Origin: a virus
IMG/VR virus record: IMGVR_UViG_3300026907_000016
DNA length: 51,207 nucleotides
Direction: 5' to 3' (one strand)
How positions within the stretch are numbered: the stretch's first letter is position 1; each line of letters begins with the position of its first letter. A program made the translations under genes and the position numbers. Under the pieces are notes generated by a model. That model worked only from the letters and a program-made list of their open reading frames with translations, made no database searches and was not told the origin of the DNA. This document shows positions 23,542-31,018 of the stretch, in pieces.

Positions 23542-23554
23542 TAACGCAGCCTAA
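22736..23554 (+). CDS. Co-extensive +1-frame ORF (frame B, 272 aa) inside dcm. Possible second product or recoded segment.
   Basis: The ATG lies 4 nt after the dcm ATG. Natural-looking sequence with GLWPTPTV, KMWPTPTAM and LNPAWVEWLMGWPIGWTDL. Hand-counted GC3 is about 74%, versus about 56% for frame A. Confidence 0.5.
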   Translation: MSWLFSRALVEEYSAATSWGGAPSAPLSVMPTQHKFWRNDKTMEPSQLSRFGLTCAVLTDDHGEALLTWFRADSRVRTYPLPGLVPGLMASGLASGVRWLESSVRYDPATSSWKTHRCLWDEDLPWSSVTLPKWGMALNGLVYRHPTLERPISATESGLWPTPTVHGNHNMPGSSKTAGWGLSSAVKMWPTPTAMNSSGGAALSKWGGSGARKKLKTMVTPAELHGPLNPAWVEWLMGWPIGWTDLKPLEMAKFREWQQQHSPFSIEADNAA

Positions 23555-23605
23555 CCCCTCTAGCTAACCAGCGGCGCCCGGCTCGTAAGCCTGGGAGGTT
23601 TCGTC

Positions 23606-23959
23606 ATGACCATTGATCAACTCGCCACGGCCTACGAGCTGCGTGTCTCCGGGCTGTGCTGGAAGAAAGTTGCGGAGCAATTCGGCGTGGACTCGCTGTG
23701 GCTGGCCAGGAAGGTCCGTCACATCTGCAACGTGGGCATCAAGAAGGGGCGCGACGGATTCGCGCGGATACCCGGGCGCCGGTTCGTTTACGACCTGCAG
23801 ACGCTTCGCCGGGCCGACTTGATGCGCGGCCTGTGCATGACATGGGGCGAGGTGGCCGAAGCTCTTGGCGCTGACCCTGAAACGCTGCGTCGCTCTTGGC
23901 GATACGCGCACAACAAGAACCTGATTTGGCGTGAAGAAGATATGGAGCTGAACGCATGA
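23606..23959 (+). CDS. Hypothetical HTH-like protein (117 aa)
   Basis: SD GGGAGG. Two similar segments, CWKKVAEQFGVD and TWGEVAEALGAD. Confidence 0.55.
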   Translation: MTIDQLATAYELRVSGLCWKKVAEQFGVDSLWLARKVRHICNVGIKKGRDGFARIPGRRFVYDLQTLRRADLMRGLCMTWGEVAEALGADPETLRRSWRYAHNKNLIWREEDMELNA

Positions 23960-24156
23960 ACGGCATGACCGAGAGCGCAGCAGTGAGGCGCATCAATGCG
24001 CAGTGCGCGGTTGCGCTGCACGTACCGACGAATCACCGGTACCGCATCGTGATGCTGATCGAGGGCGTAGGCGTAGAGCTTGAGGACATGGAGCGCCGAG
24101 AGAAACACGTCACCTGGGCGGACTGGAACAACCCGAATATCTGGAGCACGACATGA
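23956..24156 (+). CDS. Hypothetical protein (66 aa)
   Basis: ORF-track entry with ATGA overlaps. Confidence 0.45.
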   Translation: MNGMTESAAVRRINAQCAVALHVPTNHRYRIVMLIEGVGVELEDMERREKHVTWADWNNPNIWSTT

Positions 24157-24890
24157 GCGAGCAGAACAAAGATGCGGAGCGGGCTGTTGAAGCCTTTGTC
24201 GCTGAGCTGACGAAGCTGGGCAAGTGTGTGATTTCTATCGACGATCTGAATGCATTGATTGCGGATCGTGCTGCATTGCAAAAAGCCCGCAGCCTGCCGG
24301 TGGGTGTGCCGGATCAGAACGCTCCGGCTCCGATCAAGACCCCCTACCTGATGTTTTGCTTGGGTAGTTGGTGGACTTGCGAAGAACGCCAGTTGAGTGC
24401 GGCACTTGATCGTAACTACCCAACTCTGAAGCTTCCGCCAGCCCCTGCCGCCCCAACCGTCAAGGCTGAGCAGGCCGAGGGCTCGCTTGCCGATGCCGTG
24501 CGCGTACTGCTTGAAGTGCCACAGCTGCGCGGCAAGCAAGCACATAGTGCTCAACCGATTATCGACCGCGTGCGCGCACTGCTGGAAGCCCCCTCCCTGC
24601 CGGCTGCTGGATCGGCTGATCTACATGCAGCAACTGACGGAGAGCTTGAAGCTATGGCAAAACGCCATGGCGCACGCTGGGATGGCGACGCCTGGGTTAT
24701 TGAGGACGCAGACTTCCATCCGTTTATGCGCGCCCTTTCCGCGCAGCAGGCCGCGCCCGAGCGGGTGAGCGTGCCGGTGGAGTTGGCTGAGCGCTTGATC
24801 GACCCATACCGACGCGAACCGCGCTCAATCCACCTGCATAACGAGGACTGCGACCAACTACGCGACCTGCTCAATGGGGGTGGCGTATGA
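24153..24890 (+). CDS. Hypothetical protein (245 aa)
   Basis: ORF-track entry with ATGA overlaps at both ends. Confidence 0.55.
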   Translation: MSEQNKDAERAVEAFVAELTKLGKCVISIDDLNALIADRAALQKARSLPVGVPDQNAPAPIKTPYLMFCLGSWWTCEERQLSAALDRNYPTLKLPPAPAAPTVKAEQAEGSLADAVRVLLEVPQLRGKQAHSAQPIIDRVRALLEAPSLPAAGSADLHAATDGELEAMAKRHGARWDGDAWVIEDADFHPFMRALSAQQAAPERVSVPVELAERLIDPYRREPRSIHLHNEDCDQLRDLLNGGGV

Positions 24891-25183
24891 GCAGATATCC
24901 GCTGGAAATCGAAAGCGTAGGCAGTGACACCTACATCGTCATGAGCCGTGGCCACCACGACCTGGGCGAGTTCATGCGCGCTGCCGTCGATCAATATCCT
25001 GATTGGCAACTTGGCGGCCCAGAACACAAGTGGTGCAAGACGGTTCCAGACCGTAGCGGGAATCTGGCATGCCGTTATGCGTTCGTAGAGCCAGGCACTC
25101 GCGGCGCTTGGCCGGCGACTTACTGCTGGGAATACGGCGAGGACTGGAAGCTCTACAACGCCACCAGCCAGCAGGAGGGGTGA
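24887..25183 (+). CDS. Hypothetical protein (98 aa)
   Basis: ORF-track entry, coupled to its neighbours. Confidence 0.5.
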   Translation: MSRYPLEIESVGSDTYIVMSRGHHDLGEFMRAAVDQYPDWQLGGPEHKWCKTVPDRSGNLACRYAFVEPGTRGAWPATYCWEYGEDWKLYNATSQQEG

Positions 25184-25186
25184 CGA

Positions 25187-25435
25187 ATGGCCGCAGAGAT
25201 AGGACCTGACGGAATGACAGACGCCCAGCGCCATGCTGAATGGGCTGCTGAAGAAGCGCGCTTTGAGGCCAGCTTTGCGTCGCGTAAGGCTGCCGACTAC
25301 CACACGCGCTGCCGTGATTGCGGCGTGTTCGTGAAGAAGTCGCGATGGGTCAAGAAGGACACGCATAACGCGATTCAGCACCAACAGCGGCCACTGTGCG
25401 GACCATGTTTCGATGAATACGACTTCGTCTATTGA
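25187..25435 (+). CDS. Zinc-ribbon hypothetical protein (82 aa)
   Basis: CRDCGVF...CGPC. Confidence 0.5.
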   Translation: MAAEIGPDGMTDAQRHAEWAAEEARFEASFASRKAADYHTRCRDCGVFVKKSRWVKKDTHNAIQHQQRPLCGPCFDEYDFVY

Positions 25436-25443
25436 GCTAGCAG

Positions 25444-26265
25444 GTGAATCGAATGAATGAGCAAGTGAAGCCCACGCCTCGGGCGTATCAGGCGAATGTG
25501 TTTTGGGATCAGCAAGACTGCGCAACGCTCAGCGCCCAGGTGTACCTGGCCAGCGATGCTGATTCGTACATCGACGCTCTGCACGCAGAGGCCGAGGCGC
25601 TGCGGGCTGAGAATTGGCGGCTGAATGCCGAGTTATCGGGCGCGCTGACTGGCATCGCAACAGAGTCTCAGGCGGCCGACCACTATCGGACTCAGCTTGA
25701 GGCGGCGCGGGGATTGCTGCGTGAGGTGGAATTGCTGGCCGAAGTCAGGGAGCACGGATACGCCGAGCGAAAACATGGCGACGTGCTCAACTACCGCTGC
25801 GCCAATGCTGTGGTGGAGATGCTGCCGCGTATCCAGGCCTTCCTCACTGCCACCCCGGCGCCGGAAGTGCGGCATGAACAGGCCACCCCGAAAGCCAGTA
25901 ACGGCGCTGGATGCAGCCATTTACAGGCAGAAGAACAGGCCGAGCAGGGAGAGCGGCAGGAGGCGGTGGCGTTCCGCTGCAAGCTCTCCATCCACAAAGA
26001 CTGGAAGTACATCGACCACCGTGCGCCGGACAGCTTTGAGCTGCGAGAGTGCGAGATTCAGGAGCTCTACACCACACCGCAGCCAGGCCCGGACTTGCGG
26101 GCGCTGGTGGAGGCGCTGGAGCATGCGCGCCTGTTCATCCGCAACGGCGTAGAGCTGGGCTACGTGAAGATGCCTGATGCCGATACGCCAGACCCCGCGC
26201 ACGAAACGCTGCCGAAAATCGAAGCAGCCCTGGCCGCACATCGACAGGCGCAACGCCAGGCCTGA
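25444..26265 (+). CDS. Hypothetical coiled-coil protein (273 aa; alternative ATG at 25453)
   Basis: ORF-track entry. The N-terminal third is helical (AEAEALRAENWRLNAELS). Confidence 0.55.
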   Translation: MNRMNEQVKPTPRAYQANVFWDQQDCATLSAQVYLASDADSYIDALHAEAEALRAENWRLNAELSGALTGIATESQAADHYRTQLEAARGLLREVELLAEVREHGYAERKHGDVLNYRCANAVVEMLPRIQAFLTATPAPEVRHEQATPKASNGAGCSHLQAEEQAEQGERQEAVAFRCKLSIHKDWKYIDHRAPDSFELRECEIQELYTTPQPGPDLRALVEALEHARLFIRNGVELGYVKMPDADTPDPAHETLPKIEAALAAHRQAQRQA

Positions 26266-26323
26266 TCCACCCCATCCCATCCCCTTTTCTATCTGCCCAC
26301 AACGTAGGGCGGGAGGATTTGCT

Positions 26324-27079
26324 GTGTCCGAGATAAAAGAATTTGGAGCTCGTATGAAAGATTCGATTCTGCGGCTGCTTGGCATCTGGAGCTTTGAGCC
26401 GGCCCAAAAGGGCTGGAAGGGCTACTGGTCTGCACGCGCCAGTTGGGGAGAGGTTGCTGGTCGCCCCGGGCTCGCATTCGGCTTTGTACTGAATGATCGC
26501 AGGTTCCTGCTCAACTTCTGCTTGGGCTGGCCTGTTTTCTACATCCGCCTGCGCTTCCTTGAGCGCTGGACGGGCGAGGCTCGGGATTGCATGGGCGACC
26601 GCTGGGGATTTTCTCTCGTAGACGGCCGTTCGATTCACCTCAATTGGCGCGACAAGACCAAGATCATCGACTTGCCATGGTCGTGGGATGTCGTCAGGAA
26701 AAGTGAGCTGCTTGCTGATGAGACCTGGGCTCACGACTTCTACGGAAAGGGTAAGCGCCTGACTTGGGAAGAGCGGAAGGCGCTCACTCTCTGGAAGCGG
26801 GAGCTGCCATACACCTATGTGCTGCGCTGCGGCGAGGTTCAGGAGCGCCTGGCGACAATCCGCGTTGAGGAGTGGGAATGCCGGCAGCTTTGGCTGAGGT
26901 GGTGCCCGTTGTTTGCTCGTGTGCGGCGCTCTATCTGGGTTGAGTTCAGCGGCGAGGTCGGCGAGGGCACCGGCTCTTGGAAGGGCGGCACGATGGGGTG
27001 CGGTTACGACATGAAGAAAGGCGAGTCGCCGGAAGACTGCCTTCGTCGCATGGAACGCGAACGGAAATTCAACCGGTAG
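26324..27079 (+). CDS. Conserved Trp-rich phage hypothetical protein (251 aa)
   Basis: GTG start after SD GGGAGGA, within ORF 26177..27079. Contains ...EVGEGTGSWKGGTMGCGYDMKKGESPEDCLRRMERERKF. Confidence 0.55.
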   Translation: MSEIKEFGARMKDSILRLLGIWSFEPAQKGWKGYWSARASWGEVAGRPGLAFGFVLNDRRFLLNFCLGWPVFYIRLRFLERWTGEARDCMGDRWGFSLVDGRSIHLNWRDKTKIIDLPWSWDVVRKSELLADETWAHDFYGKGKRLTWEERKALTLWKRELPYTYVLRCGEVQERLATIRVEEWECRQLWLRWCPLFARVRRSIWVEFSGEVGEGTGSWKGGTMGCGYDMKKGESPEDCLRRMERERKFNR

Positions 27080-27119
27080 GAGGCCGCATGAAACTGATCA
27101 CGCTTGAGAAGGTGAGCCA

Positions 27120-27575
27120 ATGAGCGACGCGCCTATCGAACCGCAAGAGTATCTGTACGGCGTGAAGGTCGTAGACATTGGCGACATCCGCGTAGCCAGG
27201 GGAATGACACGCCGGCCGCATTCAACCTGCGCCCATCGGCAACAGGTGTACGACGACAAAGAGCGCCGGATTTGGTGCAAGGACTGCGAGACAGAGCTTG
27301 AGCCATTCGACGCCTACATGTGCCTTGTCGGCGTCATGGACGGCCACATCAAGAACCTGAAGCGCCGCGAGCAGCAGGTGAAGGATGCCGAACAGCACAG
27401 TGCTCGCAGCCGAGCCGTAAAGGTGCTCGATCAGGTCTGGCGCAGCCACCAGATGGCACCTCTGTGCCCTCACTGCGATACAGCAATTCTTCCTGAAGAC
27501 GTGGCGGGCGGCGTAGCAACGGCCTCGAAAAGCCTCGTGATCGCCGCGCGCAAACGAAAGGAGCAAAAGCCATGA
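27120..27575 (+). CDS. Zinc-finger hypothetical protein (151 aa)
   Basis: CKDCETE...CPHCDT. Preceded and followed by SD-led mini-ORFs. Confidence 0.55.
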   Translation: MSDAPIEPQEYLYGVKVVDIGDIRVARGMTRRPHSTCAHRQQVYDDKERRIWCKDCETELEPFDAYMCLVGVMDGHIKNLKRREQQVKDAEQHSARSRAVKVLDQVWRSHQMAPLCPHCDTAILPEDVAGGVATASKSLVIAARKRKEQKP

Positions 27576-27615
27576 ACAAGATGGTCACGCTTGAGAAGTG
27601 GGCGGGGGTGGTGTG

Positions 27616-28041
27616 ATGTTCGTAGACAAAAGAAAAAGAAGGGACCCAAGCCGAGACGAAGCAAAGGCTCAGGAAAAGCAAAAAAGCGTTTCACTGAGAA
27701 GCCGGGTTCAGCTAGATGGCTATCTGAGGCCGAAAAACCCAATAACTAAGGATATTGCTGAGAAAGAAGGGGAGGATCTCTATTGGCCAGAAAAACAATG
27801 CCGCAGAGGTCACCATTATTGGCGAATAACAAAGAACGGGAAATGTTTAGCCTGCGAGCATCTGAGAGTCACAAGGAAAAAGCTAATGCCAGGAACCTCT
27901 GGGGATTCATGGTTTAGAAGTGAAAAGAAGCGCATAGATAATTGCGATAGCAAGGAAACATGCATTTCAATATCAAACCCTACAGTCAACGATTTATCAC
28001 CCGAACTCAGAAAATTAATTGGAGTATGTGCGAGTGAATAA
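27616..28041 (+). CDS. Basic hypothetical protein with a CxxGH...CxxC element, AT-rich
   Basis: Start MFVDKRKRRDP. Contains CRRGHHYWRITKNGKCLACEH. GC is markedly lower than in the flanks. Confidence 0.5.
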   Translation: MFVDKRKRRDPSRDEAKAQEKQKSVSLRSRVQLDGYLRPKNPITKDIAEKEGEDLYWPEKQCRRGHHYWRITKNGKCLACEHLRVTRKKLMPGTSGDSWFRSEKKRIDNCDSKETCISISNPTVNDLSPELRKLIGVCASE

Positions 28042-28270
28042 GACAACAGAGGGCTTCGAACAGTCTTTAATAAGCCAGCCAAATCTTTGTAAGAAGATAG
28101 GAATGACTCGCTCAGGCCTAGATAAGCTACGCAAAAAAGATCCAACTTTCCCCAAGCCAATAAAGTTCGGCGAAACACGCCAGTCCGCAGCCTATTACGT
28201 TCTATCTGAGGTGGAAGCCTGGATTAGGAAAAAAATCCAGGAGCGTGATGATCAACGAAATGATGAATAA
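28034..28270 (+). CDS. AlpA/Xis-like excisionase or HTH regulator
   Basis: LCKKIGMTRSGLDKLRKKDPTFPKPIKFGETRQSAAYYVLSEVEAWI matches the AlpA-type pattern. The start is uncertain (GTG 28034 or TTG 28019). Confidence 0.6.
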   Translation: MNKTTEGFEQSLISQPNLCKKIGMTRSGLDKLRKKDPTFPKPIKFGETRQSAAYYVLSEVEAWIRKKIQERDDQRNDE

Positions 28271-28290
28271 GCCAAGCCATTGCTAGAGGT

Positions 28291-28509
28291 ATGCCAATGG
28301 AGCACATTGATTTCCTCAGCCACGAGCAGGTGTGCGAGCTTACCGGCGCCAAGATAAAAGCTAGGCAAATCGCCATACTCAAGGCAAACGGCATCCCCCA
28401 CACCATCAAGGCAAGCGGCTGGCCGTGCGTGATCGCGGCCAACCTGATGCCGCACATGAAGCAGAAGATCGAAGCGCCTTCTGAATGGAGGCCTAGGAAG
28501 GCATCGTAA
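28291..28509 (+). CDS. DUF4224-like protein, typically found upstream of integrases
   Basis: 72 aa. LSHEQVCELTGAKIKARQIAILKANGIPHTIKASGWPCV. Confidence 0.55.
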   Translation: MPMEHIDFLSHEQVCELTGAKIKARQIAILKANGIPHTIKASGWPCVIAANLMPHMKQKIEAPSEWRPRKAS

Positions 28510-29537
28510 TGGGACGCAGACCAACCAAGCCAGGATCAGTGCCGCGCCTGCGCGAGCGGAAGCGCGGCAAAACCTCCTACTACTTCTACGACCTTGGCGG
28601 CAGGCCGAGAAAGGAAATCTCGCTCGGGAAGGACTACGGTTTAGCGATCATGAGGTACGCCGAACTGGAGCGGGATAGATCGGCTAGCGACCTGGCGCGG
28701 CAAGTGATCACTTTTGACTACGTGGCCAACCAGTACCTGACTCAGATAGTTCCGACCAAGGCCCCTGGCACTCAGACCAAGAACCGTCAGGAATTGGCCA
28801 GGCTGAAAGAGTTCTTCAACGACCCGCCCGGGCCGCTGGAGGCTATTCAGCCGATCCACGTTCGTCAGTACCTGCGCTGGCGGAAGGACGCACCTGTAAG
28901 TGCCAATCGGGAGAAGGCACTCCTAAGCGCGATCTGGAACTTCGCCCGGGAAAGCGGCTATACCGCGCTGGCCAACCCGTGCTCCGGCGTTAAGGGAAAC
29001 CGGGAGGATGGGCGCGACGTGTACATCGAGGACTCCATGTACGACGCCGTTTACGCGGTAGCAGATATCGGCCTGCAGGATGCAATGGATCTTGCGTACC
29101 TAACAGGACAGCGCCCGGGCGACACGCTGCGCATGGATGAGCGGGATATCAAGGATGGGAACCTGCATGTTAAGCAGGCCAAAACAGGCATGAAGCGAAG
29201 GATTGAAATTGGCGGCTCGCTGGAGGCGCTGATTGAACGCATCAAGGCACGTAAGGCCGGTCACAAGGTGCGCTCAACGCGGCTGATCGTGACAGAGGAA
29301 GGCAAGGCCATGACGGCCAGCATGTTGCGGGGAAGATTCGATAAGGCCAGGGAGGCAGCCAAGATCCCTAAAGCAGACTTCCAGTTCAGAGACCTGCGCG
29401 CCAAGGCAGGCACGGACAAGGCGGAATCGAGCGGGGATATCCTGAAGGCACGGGATCAGCTCGGGCACACAACAGTGGTCATGACCGAGCAGTACATCCG
29501 TGATCGCAAGGGGAAGAAAATCACCCCTACCCGATGA
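28509..29537 (+). CDS. int: Tyrosine integrase
   Basis: 342 aa. LAYLTGQRPGD (Arg I), FRDLRAKAGT, LGHTTVVMTEQYI (HxxR-like box and catalytic Tyr region). Adjacent to attP. Confidence 0.9.
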   Translation: MGRRPTKPGSVPRLRERKRGKTSYYFYDLGGRPRKEISLGKDYGLAIMRYAELERDRSASDLARQVITFDYVANQYLTQIVPTKAPGTQTKNRQELARLKEFFNDPPGPLEAIQPIHVRQYLRWRKDAPVSANREKALLSAIWNFARESGYTALANPCSGVKGNREDGRDVYIEDSMYDAVYAVADIGLQDAMDLAYLTGQRPGDTLRMDERDIKDGNLHVKQAKTGMKRRIEIGGSLEALIERIKARKAGHKVRSTRLIVTEEGKAMTASMLRGRFDKAREAAKIPKADFQFRDLRAKAGTDKAESSGDILKARDQLGHTTVVMTEQYIRDRKGKKITPTR

Positions 29538-29538
29538 A

Positions 29539-29775
29539 TTGCGGAAAACTTCTGCTTTTGCGGAAATCCGCTGCGGCCTACGTTTTTCTGTAAGCCGCGC
29601 AGTTACTGGTGCCCGAAGCCGGACTCGAACCGGCACGCCATTGCTGGCGAGAGATTTTAAGTCTCACGCGAAAGCAATGTATATCAAGGCATTCAGACGA
29701 ATATCGTTCCGCAAAAGTATCAGTTTTCCTGCTATGAAGCCCAGCAACTACGAGGGGCTGCTCAGAATTGCGGAA
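29539..29775. other. attP region with four TTGCGGAA arm-type repeats flanking the tRNA-derived core
   Basis: TTGCGGAA at 29539, 29558 and 29768, and inverted (TTCCGCAA) at 29707. Confidence 0.55.
29607..29665 (-). other. 3' 59 nt of a tRNA-Leu (anticodon UAA): the probable attP core and integration target
   Basis: Reverse complement reads GAGACTTAAAATCTC-TCGCCAGCAATGGCGT-GCCGGTTCGAGTCCGGC-TTCGGGC-A-CCA (anticodon arm, long variable arm, T arm, acceptor). No 5' half is present. Confidence 0.7.
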
Positions 29776-29818
29776 CAGAAAACACCCCCGCCTCGCCCGT
29801 CCGGGCAACTACTCTACC

Positions 29819-30085
29819 CTACCGGCACGCCTCATTCGCCGCCAGCAGTTCGCGCTCATAGCCGATCCGCTGACGGCGCTCTGCCAGTAGCGCCCTTACC
29901 TTCACCTCCAGGCTGTCGCTCTTGCGCAGTCCAGAAGCAGCCCATGGCGGAACTGCCACTTCTTTCGTCCGGCACGGCACAGCCACCGGCACCTCCACGC
30001 GCACAATGCTCGGCTCCGGCTCTGCAGCCGGATGGCCGGCGCACCCAGCCAGCGCGATCAATAACACCACTACCAGCAATCTCAT
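29819..30085 (-). CDS. o-spanin (outer-membrane lipoprotein, Rz1-like)
   Basis: 88 aa. MRLLVVVLLIALAGC has a lipobox. 4-nt overlap with the i-spanin gene. Confidence 0.75.
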   Translation of the reverse strand: MRLLVVVLLIALAGCAGHPAAEPEPSIVRVEVPVAVPCRTKEVAVPPWAASGLRKSDSLEVKVRALLAERRQRIGYERELLAANEACR

Positions 30086-30471
30086 AGCCCCAACTCCCCA
30101 TCGATCACCGATTCAGCCGCGGCGCAGGCATCGCCGCCTGTTCGCTCCTGCTGCAGCCGATTTGCCGCCTGGTAATCGGCTTCCGACTGATCTCGCGCGC
30201 CTCTCTGCGCGCTCTCTGCAATCTCTTGGCGCTGTGTGGCTCGTGCAGAGAGATCGGCAATCGCCGAGTTCTGCTCGATCACCTGACCGAGCAGCGTGGT
30301 GCGGGTGGCGCGGCAGGCGCCGAGCTTCTTGCTGGTTTCCAGAAGATCGGCTTGTGCCTTCTCGGCTACAGCCTGAGCCGATGACACCCGAATCTGCTGG
30401 CCAGCGGCTACAACAGCGAGAGCGAGCGCCCACCAAGCCCAGGACGGGACGAGCTTGAGCCAGGCTGTCAT
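30082..30471 (-). CDS. i-spanin (Rz-like)
   Basis: 129 aa. N-terminal TM WAWWALALAVVAAG followed by a coiled coil. Lies between the endolysin and o-spanin genes. Confidence 0.7.
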   Translation of the reverse strand: MTAWLKLVPSWAWWALALAVVAAGQQIRVSSAQAVAEKAQADLLETSKKLGACRATRTTLLGQVIEQNSAIADLSARATQRQEIAESAQRGARDQSEADYQAANRLQQERTGGDACAAAESVIDGELGL

Positions 30472-30974
30472 GACATCACCTCAGCCAGTGCCTGCCCATA
30501 CAGATCGGCCCAGGTAGACCGGTGCGGCTTGCCCGGGCGCCACGTGCGCACGTACAGCTGCCAGGCGCCGTCAGCGTCACCGAGACGCGGCAGGCGGCCA
30601 GGATCAGTCCACAGCAGCAGGCGAGCCAACCCAGCTGCCAGCACGTCGTCATGCTCGATGGCATCCCATACAGCCCGGGGCGATGGATCCACACCACGCA
30701 CAGCGCACAGCCCTACAGCCAGGTCGCGGACGCGGTGGTCGTGAAAGCGCAGCAGCCCCGTGACCATTCCCCCGCCCCGCTCTGCCTGCCAGAATGACTT
30801 GGCCGGCCCGGTAGGACGTGGCGGCGAGCCGACCAGCTGGCGGCGATGCTGAAAGCGCGACTCCTGCAGGCCGATAGCCAGCAACATCACCTCCGCCTCC
30901 GGCGACGACATGCGCGCAGGCAGCAGCGCGAGCGCAGGCGTGATCGCCTGAGCCCGAATCTCAGAAAGGGTCAT
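30468..30974 (-). CDS. Endolysin candidate (lytic transglycosylase/lysozyme-like)
   Basis: 168 aa from MTLSEIRAQAITP (SD GGAGAAATC). LLAIGLQESRF resembles the SLT catalytic-Glu block. Followed by the spanins. Confidence 0.6.
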   Translation of the reverse strand: MTLSEIRAQAITPALALLPARMSSPEAEVMLLAIGLQESRFQHRRQLVGSPPRPTGPAKSFWQAERGGGMVTGLLRFHDHRVRDLAVGLCAVRGVDPSPRAVWDAIEHDDVLAAGLARLLLWTDPGRLPRLGDADGAWQLYVRTWRPGKPHRSTWADLYGQALAEVMS

Positions 30975-30988
30975 GATTTCTCCAGGCA

Positions 30989-31013
30989 CAAAAAAAGCCC
31001 GCCGAAGCGGGCT
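30989..31013 (-). terminator. Strong intrinsic terminator between the fibre genes and the endolysin
   Basis: Minus strand reads AGCCCGCttcgGCGGGCTTTTTTTG. Confidence 0.8.
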
Positions 31014-31018
31014 GTGAT

